The notes under the pieces: generated by a model
Told to the model about the DNA's origin: nothing
Database searches by the model: none
The model's input: the letters and a program-made list of their open reading frames with translations, nothing else
Position numbers and translations under genes: made by a program
NCBI GenBank assembly: GCA_046726415.1
Contig: JBKPAK010000154.1
Location: 1 to 10,308, forward strand
Reading direction: 5' to 3'
Length of the DNA: 10,308 nt
Source of the DNA: Candidatus Methylomirabilota bacterium
GTDB lineage: Bacteria > Methylomirabilota > Methylomirabilia > Rokubacteriales > CSP1-6
In this document: in pieces, positions 1-7,529 of the stretch
How the letters are laid out: each line of letters begins with the position of its first letter
Numbering within the stretch: the stretch's first letter is position 1

Positions 1-60
1 CTGGCGGCCCCCCAAGCCCCCCGACGCTCGTCGCGCCCCGGGGGACCCGAGGCGCTCCTC
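1..60. repeat. GC-rich palindromic intergenic element (REP/MITE-like), truncated at the window edge
   Basis: Stem GCGCC-C-CGGG (33-42), loop GGA, CCCG-A-GGCGC (46-55); the C38/A50 mismatch becomes a G-U pair on the transcribed minus strand. C6-AAG-C6 tract at 8-22 has no partner inside the window. Lies just downstream of the ligase stop. Confidence 0.5.
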
Positions 61-83
61 GTTCCCGCGGTAGGTTCGGTGGG

Positions 84-2309
84 TCACGCGAACTCGATCA
101 GCCAGTCCACCGCGACCACGCCGTGCCCCTCTTCCAGCACCAGCAGCGGATTGATGTCGAGGGCGCGCAGACGGTCGCGGTGCGCCTCGGCCAGCGCGGC
201 CAGTCTGACAAGCATCTCGTGGAGGGCAGCCACGTCCGATGGCGGACGACCGCGCACACCCGAGAGCAGCGCGCGACCCCGCAACTCGTCGACCATGGCG
301 CGCGCCTCCGCAACGTCGACCGGCGGCACCCGGACCGCCACGTCACGCATGACCTCGACGAGGACGCCGCCGAACCCGCACACGACGGCCGGACCGAAAA
401 GGGGGTCACTCTTCACCCCCACGATCATCTCGGTGCCGCCGGCGACCATTCGCTGCATGACAACGCCGTCGAGACGCGCCGCAGGCGCTCGCCGGCGGAC
501 GTCGGCAAGCATTTCGTCGAAGGCCCGTCGGACCGAGGGGGCGTCTGCGCAGCCGACCCGGACGCCGCCCACATCGGTCTTGTGCGCGATGTCCGGAGAA
601 TTGATCTTGAGCACCACGGGGTAACCCAGGCGGTCAGCCCACCGGACGGCCTCGGCCTGATCCCTCGCGAGAGGCGTCTCGGCCACGGGGATCCCGAACT
701 GGCGGAGCAGGCGCATAGCCTCGGTGTTCGCGAGCACACCGCTCCAGTTCGTCGACAGGGGACACGGGCGTACCGCACGCGTATCGGGCGCCACATCGCG
801 GCCGGCCTTGGCCGGCGCGCCCGGGGCGACATCGCAGTTGAGGCTGGCGGGCGCGCCCGGTGCGATAGCGCGCTTGGCGGTCTGGACGTGATTGCCCTCA
901 CCCGCGCGGTCGAGAGACCGGCGATACTCGCGCGCATGGCGTAGCGCCAGCAGGGCGGTCTCCGTCCCGTCGAGGAACGGCACGCCCACCTCGGCGAGCG
1001 GACCGACGACCTGCTGGTCCAGATCCCCGCCGGCGAACGAGTTGAAGGCCAGGACGAGCTTGTCCGTCCCACCCCGCAGCGCCGTGCTGATGATCTGACT
1101 GAACTGCCGCGACGGCGCCCATCCGCCTGGCTTGGGAACGTTGGCGCGCAGGTTGATGGCCACCACGTCGATCGCCTCGTCGCGCAGCAGGACGTCGACC
1201 AGTTGCGGAAACAGCGCCGGGTTCTCGTACATCGCCCCCGTGCCGTCGAGCGGATTGCGGGGAGTGGCAAAGTCGGGCATGAAACGACCGATGCTCTCGA
1301 CGCTGGACGCCGACAGCGGCGGCAGGTCGATCCCCGCCCGATCAGCGGCGTCGGCGACGTGGCTGCACTCGCCCCCCAGACCACTCAGGACCGCGACCCG
1401 CCAGTGGTGGCGGCGGAAGCGTCGGGCAGCGGCGAGGAGGGTCAGCGTGTCGATCATCTCGTTGAGACTCGTGGCCTGGACAATCGCGCTCTGCCTCAAC
1501 ACGGCGTCGATGATCTCCGGTGTGCCGGCCAGCGAGCCGGTGTGCGCGAGCATCGCCTGCCGCGCGTTCTCCGAACGGCCGACTTTCAGGGCGACGATCG
1601 GCTTGTGGGCCTGCCGCGCGCGGGCCGCCACGGGTCGAAGCTGCTCCGGTTGCTTGAAGCCCTCGACGAACACGCCGATCACGTCGGTATCGCCATCCTC
1701 GATCAGGAACTCCAAATAGTCCTCGATCGTGACCCCGGCCTGGTTACCGCAGGAGACGATGTAGCTCAGGCCGACCGATCGCTGCTGCATCAGATGCTCG
1801 GCGACCGCGTGGCTGAAGCCCCCGCTCTGGGAGATCAGCGCCAGGCGACCGGGCCGGGGGGGCGCCGAAAAGTCCGCACTGAACGTGGCCGACCCCCAAC
1901 GGATGTTGAAGACGCCATAGCAATTCGGCCCGCACACGAGCAACCCTCGCTCGGCGGTGAGCCGTTCGAGCGCTGCCTGGCGCTCGAGGCCCCGAGGACC
2001 CGCTTCGGCGAACCCGCTCGACAGGATGACGGCCCCGCGCGCCCCGCGATCGGCCGCCGCGGCCAGAAGGCCGGGCACCTGCTCGGCCGGAATGGCCACG
2101 ACGACCATCTCCGCCGGTTCCGGGGTCGAGTCGAGATCGGGGTAGCAGGGTAGACCGAGGATCTCTCTGTACTTCGGGTTGATCGGAAAGATGCGGCCGG
2201 CGTAGCCGAAGCGCTGGAGATTTTCGATGACGCGTGTTCCGCGCCCCATGCGCTGCGAGGCCCCCACGACCGCCACGCTGGTCGGCTTCATCAGAGGCGT
2301 GAGATCCAT
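84..2309 (-). CDS. ADP/NDP-forming acyl-CoA synthetase (acetate--CoA ligase family), fused alpha+beta subunits
   Basis: 741 aa. CoA-binding start SVAVVGAS; CGPNCYG, ISQSGG, VSCGNQAG; phospho-His motif AHTGSLAG; RNPLD; C-terminal ATP-grasp with GYPVVLKINSPDIAHKTDVGGV, FGPAVVCGFGG and LDINPL. GAGGA upstream of the ATG. Confidence 0.93.
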   Translation of the reverse strand: MDLTPLMKPTSVAVVGASQRMGRGTRVIENLQRFGYAGRIFPINPKYREILGLPCYPDLDSTPEPAEMVVVAIPAEQVPGLLAAAADRGARGAVILSSGFAEAGPRGLERQAALERLTAERGLLVCGPNCYGVFNIRWGSATFSADFSAPPRPGRLALISQSGGFSHAVAEHLMQQRSVGLSYIVSCGNQAGVTIEDYLEFLIEDGDTDVIGVFVEGFKQPEQLRPVAARARQAHKPIVALKVGRSENARQAMLAHTGSLAGTPEIIDAVLRQSAIVQATSLNEMIDTLTLLAAARRFRRHHWRVAVLSGLGGECSHVADAADRAGIDLPPLSASSVESIGRFMPDFATPRNPLDGTGAMYENPALFPQLVDVLLRDEAIDVVAINLRANVPKPGGWAPSRQFSQIISTALRGGTDKLVLAFNSFAGGDLDQQVVGPLAEVGVPFLDGTETALLALRHAREYRRSLDRAGEGNHVQTAKRAIAPGAPASLNCDVAPGAPAKAGRDVAPDTRAVRPCPLSTNWSGVLANTEAMRLLRQFGIPVAETPLARDQAEAVRWADRLGYPVVLKINSPDIAHKTDVGGVRVGCADAPSVRRAFDEMLADVRRRAPAARLDGVVMQRMVAGGTEMIVGVKSDPLFGPAVVCGFGGVLVEVMRDVAVRVPPVDVAEARAMVDELRGRALLSGVRGRPPSDVAALHEMLVRLAALAEAHRDRLRALDINPLLVLEEGHGVVAVDWLIEFA
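787..870 (-). repeat. Degenerate 36-bp (12-aa) in-frame tandem repeat in the ligase inter-domain linker
   Basis: Units start at 787, 823 and 859 on the plus strand (ggcgccacatcgc..ggcgcgccc / ggggcgacatcgc..ggcgcgccc / ggtgcgatagcg). Protein reads RAIAPGAPASLN-CDVAPGAPAKAG-RDVAP. Confidence 0.75.
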
Positions 2310-2318
2310 GGGGGATCC

Positions 2319-2702
2319 TCAGCCGGCCATGGCGATGGCCTCGATCTCCACCCGGGCGTTGCCGATGAGGCGCGCGCATTGGAAGGTGGTGCGAGCCGGC
2401 GGATCCTCCCGAAAGTACTGGCTGAAGACGTCGTTCATGGCCAGCGCCTCATCGAGATCGACCATGTAGATGGTCACCTTCACCACCCGGTCGAGCGACG
2501 ATCCCGCGGTCTCGAGGATGGCCTTGAGGTTCTCGCAGACCTGACGGGTCTCCGCGGCAATGCCTCCCTCGGCCAGACGGCCCGTCCGCGGATCGTTTCC
2601 CAGCTGGCCGGAGGCGAAGATCCAGTCGCCGACCTTGATCGCTTGCGACAAGGGAACGCGGGCTGGCGGGACTTTGTCGGTGTGGATCACGTGCTTCCGC
2701 AT
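2319..2702 (-). CDS. RidA/YjgF/YER057c/UK114 family protein
   Basis: 127 aa. SQAIKVGDWIFASGQ, NLKAILETAGSSLDRVVKVTIYM, MNDVFSQYF, PPART (catalytic Arg position), VEIEAIA. Ends 9 bp before the ligase start. Confidence 0.93.
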   Translation of the reverse strand: MRKHVIHTDKVPPARVPLSQAIKVGDWIFASGQLGNDPRTGRLAEGGIAAETRQVCENLKAILETAGSSLDRVVKVTIYMVDLDEALAMNDVFSQYFREDPPARTTFQCARLIGNARVEIEAIAMAG

Positions 2703-2718
2703 TCGTCAGTCCTGTTCC

Positions 2719-2994
2719 TCACTTGATCTCGATCTCGATGAATACGAAGGGTCCGGGATTGACATTCACGACGTCGTGCTCGACGCCGGCCCTGCGCGCG
2801 TACGACTGTCCCGAGACCAGCTCGGCGGTGTTCTCCCCGGCCGACCCGCGCACGAGAAGCCGCCCGGTGGAGAGGGGAACGACGACATAGTCGTACTCGT
2901 GGCGGTGGTAGCCAGTCGCCGCTCCCGGTGCGAAGCGCCACTCGGTGACGCGGACGCGGTCGTTGTCGATCTGCACGGTCGGCACCGCCTGCAT
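2719..2994 (-). CDS. Small cupin-domain protein, BauB-like
   Basis: 91 aa from ATG 2994, with AAGGAG 12 nt upstream. PTVQIDNDRVRVTEWRFAPGAATGYHRHEYDYVVVP and RRAGVEHDVVN..FIEIEIK resemble the Pseudomonas BauB-type cupin as recalled; HxH plus distal His. Confidence 0.85.
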   Translation of the reverse strand: MQAVPTVQIDNDRVRVTEWRFAPGAATGYHRHEYDYVVVPLSTGRLLVRGSAGENTAELVSGQSYARRAGVEHDVVNVNPGPFVFIEIEIK

Positions 2995-3022
2995 GGTCGT
3001 CGCGGTCTCCTTGTCGCAGCGC

Positions 3023-4450
3023 TCAGAGCGTGCGGTTCTGGGCGTTCCAGTACTTCTCGAGGTTGGCGACGAGGCCCTCGCTGTACAGGCACGCCGCCTG
3101 CTCACGAATATAAAGCGCCATGTACCGACGAAACGTGTCCGGCGTCTCCACCCCGACCCGCATGGCCTTGCGCTGGGCGGCGACCGAAACTGCCCCACCC
3201 TCGGTCGTCGCCGCGATGGTGCGGTCGATGGCCTCGTCCATCTGGTCGGGCGCCACGACCTCATCGCACAGGCCGGCGCCCTCGGGCGCATCGGCCCTCA
3301 GGTGGCGACCGAACAGGATGGCCTGCCGCGCGAGGCGTTCGCCGGCTAGCCGCGCCAACCGAAGGTTGGCCGCCCCGGGCAGGAATCCCTCCTGGCGGGC
3401 GGGTAGGCTGAAGTACGAGCCCGCCTCGCACAGCACCCGGTCGCACACGAGGGTGATCTGGCACCCGCCGCCGATGGCGAACGACTCCACGGCGGCAATC
3501 CAGGGTTTCTCGTCGGACGTTTCGGCCTCGCTCTCGACCCATTCCGGCCCGGCCAAGCCCCGGTACATCTTGTTGATGTAGCCCAGCTCCCGGTTGAGGA
3601 AGAACTCGATGAGACCGATCTGGCCGTAGTAGAGGTGCGTGAGGTTCGCACCGGATTGGAAGATGCGGCGGCCCGCGTGCTTGGGGTGGTCGACGACACC
3701 GCCCCGCAGAACGCCCACCTCCAGCTCGGGATGCAGGAGCACGAGATCGACTGCCGTCTCCAGCGCCGCCGCGGCGGCGTTGTCCTCGGCGTTGAGGTAG
3801 CGGAGGTTCCGCAGCTCGACCACTCCGGCCTTGCCTCTCCGGTGGACGTGCACCACACCCAGGTCAGCTTCTCCGGTGACCTGGAAACTGGCGAGCCGGT
3901 CGATCGACTCCGGCCGCGGTTGCTGCATGGCGTAGATCACGTGGCTGCCGGCGCGCGGATGATCGAGGATCTTCGAAAAGAACAGGCCCTGGTCCAGCTC
4001 GGCCTCCGCATCCTTGTCCTTCTGGGCGTGTTGGCGCTCGGCGAGCACCGCAGCACGCGTGGGGACGAGACCGGGATAGCGCTCGGCGGCGAGGTAACCG
4101 AGCTCGTCGGCTCGCCGGAACTGCCGGTAGTCGTCGGTGAGCTGTGCATACACCAGCTCCGCGTGCGCGCGGAGAAACTGCAGGCGAGCCCGCTGGAGCG
4201 CTTCACGGACCACGCGCGCCGCGGCTTCTTCACGGGACGTCCGGACCGGCTTCGCGGGCAGGCGAGCGAGCAATCCTTGCCCGCGTTCAACATAGGTGCG
4301 CAGGGCGTCGGCGTCACCGGGATGGCTCGCCTCGGAGGCTTTGCCCGGGGCCGCCGATGAGGGCCGCGCGGCCTGCCATTGCTCCACGTCACGGCCGGGG
4401 AGGCCCGCGGCCTTCACGGCGTCGATGTCGATGGGCCATCGAGCGATCAT
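3023..4450 (-). CDS. dpgC: DpgC-like (3,5-dihydroxyphenyl)acetyl-CoA 1,2-dioxygenase homolog, crotonase superfamily
   Basis: 475 aa with GGAG upstream. DpgC-type segments: YPGLVPT, ELDQGLF, LNAED, GVLRGGVVDHPKHAGRRIFQSGANL, RELGYINK, EKPWIAAVESFAIGGGCQ, YFSLPARQEGFLPGAANLRL, FRRYMA. Homology is clear; substrate is uncertain. Confidence 0.88.
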   Translation of the reverse strand: MIARWPIDIDAVKAAGLPGRDVEQWQAARPSSAAPGKASEASHPGDADALRTYVERGQGLLARLPAKPVRTSREEAAARVVREALQRARLQFLRAHAELVYAQLTDDYRQFRRADELGYLAAERYPGLVPTRAAVLAERQHAQKDKDAEAELDQGLFFSKILDHPRAGSHVIYAMQQPRPESIDRLASFQVTGEADLGVVHVHRRGKAGVVELRNLRYLNAEDNAAAAALETAVDLVLLHPELEVGVLRGGVVDHPKHAGRRIFQSGANLTHLYYGQIGLIEFFLNRELGYINKMYRGLAGPEWVESEAETSDEKPWIAAVESFAIGGGCQITLVCDRVLCEAGSYFSLPARQEGFLPGAANLRLARLAGERLARQAILFGRHLRADAPEGAGLCDEVVAPDQMDEAIDRTIAATTEGGAVSVAAQRKAMRVGVETPDTFRRYMALYIREQAACLYSEGLVANLEKYWNAQNRTL

Positions 4451-4582
4451 GGGTGTCTCCCCTCCGCGCGACGCGGTTCAGTCGCCATCGTCAGCCGCCA
4501 CCACGAACGCGCTCGGCAGGTCGTCGCGATACTGGGTCCCGGCCGCGATCAGTCGCTACTTCATCTCCGCCTCGGCCGATCC

Positions 4583-5020
4583 ATGACGTTGCTCTCCCGA
4601 TTCACCGAGCTGGCGGCCCACGATGCGGGACAGTATGCGCCAAATGGCCCGACGCGCCACGGGCTCAGCGAGATGGAGGCGCCTGGGCAGCCGCCTCGGG
4701 GGATCCCCAACCGCATCCACGTGATCATCCCTCTTCCGGATTGCTGGGCGGGGGTGCGAAAGACCAGCTCTGGCTCGACGCCCCGGAGACGCGGCGAAAG
4801 TTCCGGTTCGTGGCGGGCGACGTCGAGCGACCGTGTCTGGGCATCTCGCCAGGAGAGCGGCGCCACCTCGAGGCGACCATTACCCATGTCATCCATTCAG
4901 CAGTCAGCGTCGCCTGTGACGATCCCTATGAGGAGTCGTTTCGCGCGAACGTCACCGGCACCCTGAATGTGCTGCACTTTTCGCCCTGGCTGCAGCGGGC
5001 GGCGGACAGCCCGACGTTCA
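4583..5020 (+). pseudogene. Degraded extended-SDR (NAD_binding_4 / fatty acyl-CoA reductase-like) remnant
   Basis: Frame at 4801 reads FRFVAGDVERPCLGIS..ITHVIHSAVSVACDDPYEESFRANVTGTLNVLHF, matching the GD..P.LG / VIHxAAxV / NVxGT pattern. No GxxGxxG upstream and no YxxxK region downstream. A possible N-terminus from ATG 4583 is in another frame. Boundaries are approximate. Confidence 0.72.
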
Positions 5021-5250
5021 TGCCCAGAGCCAGCGGGAGCGGGCACGCGCCCTCGCCCGTCCAGAGTTTGGTGAGGCATGGTGAGCAGTGAATCACGGGC
5101 GCTGGCCAGTCGACCGCGCCTCTCCAAGCTCACCGCCCCGTCGCATGTCGGCGCGGCTGAATCAGCCCGCTGCTCGCCCCGACGCCACCATGGGTGGCAA
5201 TGCGGGATCGGCAAGGAGTTTGTCGCCACCGCGATCCGAGGCCAAGTAAC

Positions 5251-6132
5251 TCACCGGACGCGCGACTGCGAAGGACGGCGAGGCGGCGCACCGACCAGGG
5301 CGCGGCGCTTGGGCGCACTGTAGCCCAGCAGCTGCGAGATGGCGCGGGCGGTGGCCTTCGTCTCGGCGGCGAGCTGGCGGCCGCGCCGTCGGATCCGGTC
5401 GGTGGGGCCGGCCACGACGCAGGCGCCCACGACGTCGCCGCGGCGGTCGAAGATCGGTGCCGAGACGCCGGAGGCGCCGGGCACGAGGGCGTCCGAGCTG
5501 ACGCAGACGCCGGTCGTCCGGATCTTCTCGAGCTCGGCGCGCAGCGCAGGCAGGGTCGCAATCGTCCGATCGGTGTAGCGCTCGAGGCGGAGCACGCGGA
5601 GAATCTCCTCGCGCCGCTCGGGAGGGAGGAAGGCGAGGATGACCAGCCCGCTGGAGGCGGCGTGGAGCGGGCGGCGATCTCCGACGCCGGCCGCGTAGCG
5701 GATGATCTGCTCGCTCTCCACCTTATCGACATAGACGGTGGCGACACCATCGGTCGACAGGGTACCGAGGAACACGGTTTCGCGCGTCCGCTGCATCAGG
5801 GCGACGAGGGCGGGCCGCGCCACCTCCGTCAGCTCGCGCCGGCCGGGCATGGCTGCCCCCAGCGCGAGCACCTTCGGCCCCAGCCGGTACTCGCCACCGC
5901 GCCCCTGCTCGAGATAGCCGCGCGCGCTCAGAGTGCGCAACAGGGGCAGGAGACTGCTCTTGGGCGTCATGGTGGCCGCGCTCAGATCCCGGAGCGCGAG
6001 CCCCTCCCGACTCGTGGTCAGGAGCTCGAGCAGGTCGACCACGCGCGTGGCCGCGCGATGCGCCGCCCCGCCCGAGGGACTCGGAGTCGCGGCCGCCGAG
6101 GCGCGGGACCGAGGGCCATGGCCGCGCGTCAA
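5251..6132 (-). CDS. IclR-family transcriptional regulator
   Basis: N-terminal HTH (RVVDLLELL..LALRDLSAATMTPKSSLLPLLRTLSARGYL..YRLG); ARPALVALMQRTRETVFL; PLHAASSG, YTDRTI, GVSAPIFD. The TTG start overlaps the upstream TGA (TTGA); exact start is uncertain. Confidence 0.93.
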   Translation of the reverse strand: MTRGHGPRSRASAAATPSPSGGAAHRAATRVVDLLELLTTSREGLALRDLSAATMTPKSSLLPLLRTLSARGYLEQGRGGEYRLGPKVLALGAAMPGRRELTEVARPALVALMQRTRETVFLGTLSTDGVATVYVDKVESEQIIRYAAGVGDRRPLHAASSGLVILAFLPPERREEILRVLRLERYTDRTIATLPALRAELEKIRTTGVCVSSDALVPGASGVSAPIFDRRGDVVGACVVAGPTDRIRRRGRQLAAETKATARAISQLLGYSAPKRRALVGAPPRRPSQSRVR

Positions 6133-7348
6133 GCCAGACCGGTCTGGCCGCGCCGCACTGCCGGCACCTCGAAGCCGAAGAACCGCGCGGCGTTGAGCCC
6201 GAGCACCTTCGCGCGCGAGGCGTCTGACAGGTGGCCCATAGTGCGCTCGATGGCCTCGGCCGAGTGGGGCCAGGTGCCCTCGTGGTGCGGATAGTCGTTA
6301 GCCCACATGAAGCAGTCGACGAGCCCCATCGGCTCGGCCAGCGCCAGTCCGGCCGCATCCTCCTGGAAGGACGCGCCACCATGCTCGCGGTAGTACTCGC
6401 TGGGGAGCTTCGCGAGCTTGGGGCGCACCCAGAAGTGGTGCTTGCGATAAGCCTCGTCCATGGCGTCGAGGAGCCAGGCCACCCAGCCGATCCCCGCCTC
6501 GATGGTGGCGAAGCGCAGGCGGGGGAAGCGCTCCAGCACGCCCGACGCGCACAGGTTGGCGACCGGCTCGATGGTGGGTGACAGCGAGGGCGACACGTAA
6601 TTGATCACGGCGCCGCCATTGCCGCGCGAGGCGTCGGATCGCGCCCGGTGGAGACGTGGAAGGTGATGGGCAGCGCCGCGTCCTGAATGGCCGCCCACAG
6701 CGGATCGAACATGGGCAGATTGTAGTTCGGATGCTCCACGTCGTGCCCGCCCCAGATCGGCTTGCAGGGCAGGGTGAGCAGGCGAAAGCCGAGCCTCGCC
6801 ACGCGCTGGATCTCGGCGATGGACCCCTCGAGGTCGCCGGTGGCAATGGCCGCGGCCGGGGCCATCCGATCCCGATAGGAGCTGAAAGTCTCCCAGGCCC
6901 AGTCGTTGTAAACGCGGCACTGGGCCATCGCGAAGACGGAATCCGGCGTGGCCCACATCGAGAGGCCCTTGTTCGAAAAAATGACCTCCGCGTCGATCCC
7001 GTCGCGGTCCATGTCGTTGAGGCGCGCGCGGGGATCGGCCCCCGACTGCTGGCGAAGCTGATCCTCGCCTTGGAGCTCGTTGACGCGCAGGCGGTCCGGA
7101 CGGTGACCTTCAGAGATCCGCCAGGCGATCCCCTTCTCGTCGGTGATGACCCGCGGCAGGCGCGGCCGATACTTCGCGTCGATCCGCGTCGCCCACAGAT
7201 CGGCCGGCTCGTTGGCGTGACAGTCGGCGGAGATGACGAAGTACTTCCGGGGATCGCCCGAGCGGGCGGAGCGCGGCCAGCCCGCGTGGCCGGGCGTGGC
7301 CAGCCGCCAGCGATTGGGCTCGTTGACCACCACGTCGGTCGGCGTCAT
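6129..7348 (-). pseudogene. Amidohydrolase-2 family protein, frameshifted near 6633-6634 (real lesion or sequence error)
   Basis: ATG 7348 preceded by GAGGAGG. N-half: ISADCHANEP, DMDRDGIDAEVIF, CRVYNDWA, FDPLWAAIQDAALPITFHV. C-half in another frame: SGVLERFPRLRFATIEAGIGW, PSEYY, WANDYPHHEGTWP. Junction reads GAT CCG AC GCC TCG CGC GGC AAT. Confidence 0.85.
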
Positions 7349-7379
7349 GGCGCCCTCCTCCTCCGCTGCCCGGGGGGGC

Positions 7380-7423
7380 ATTCTAATTGCGGAATACCGT
7401 TCCGCATCTCGTCCGGAACCGTA
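7380..7423 (-). promoter_or_regulatory. Putative sigma70 -10 element (TAGAAT) with adjacent nested inverted repeats (candidate operator)
   Basis: Minus-strand TAGAAT at 7385-7380, 31 nt before the ATG. TGCGGAA-N5-TTCCGCA at 7388-7406 (perfect) and TACCGTTCCG-N9-CGGAACCGTA at 7395-7423 (9/10). Confidence 0.6.
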
Positions 7424-7529
7424 CCCGATGGCGCGGGCCGTGTCACGCCCGTTTTTCGGACTCTCCGCCGCGGTGCGCCACGCGCGGGCGATTCGGGCGA
7501 GCGGCGCCCCACATCCTCGCGGCGATGGC

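Noticed and set aside
787-870. CRISPR-like array (36-bp period)
   Set aside because: The units are contiguous without spacers, degenerate and in frame within a CDS, and no cas genes are present.
84-2309. Pat/YfiQ protein lysine acetyltransferase call
   Set aside because: There is no GNAT domain, and both phospho-relay histidines (HTG and AHKT) are retained.
2995-3291. Long N-terminal extension of the cupin ORF (190-aa version)
   Set aside because: It overlaps the dpgC-like 3' end; the SD and the cupin similarity both point to ATG 2994.
3023-4450. Glycopeptide/Dpg biosynthetic gene cluster
   Set aside because: No dpgA/B/D, aminotransferase or NRPS gene is in the window; they cannot be excluded elsewhere in the genome.
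4144-5091. 315-aa plus-strand ORF as an intact gene
   Set aside because: The first part is antisense to the dpgC-like gene; only about 4760-5015 is SDR-like, so it is treated as a pseudogene fragment.
5155-5167. Palindrome GGCTGA-A-TCAGCC downstream of iclR
   Set aside because: The 1-nt spacer and missing U-tract argue against a terminator; it is a single copy with no promoter context and could be chance.
6620-6645. Programmed ribosomal frameshift in the amidohydrolase
   Set aside because: No slippery sequence or homopolymer is present at the junction.
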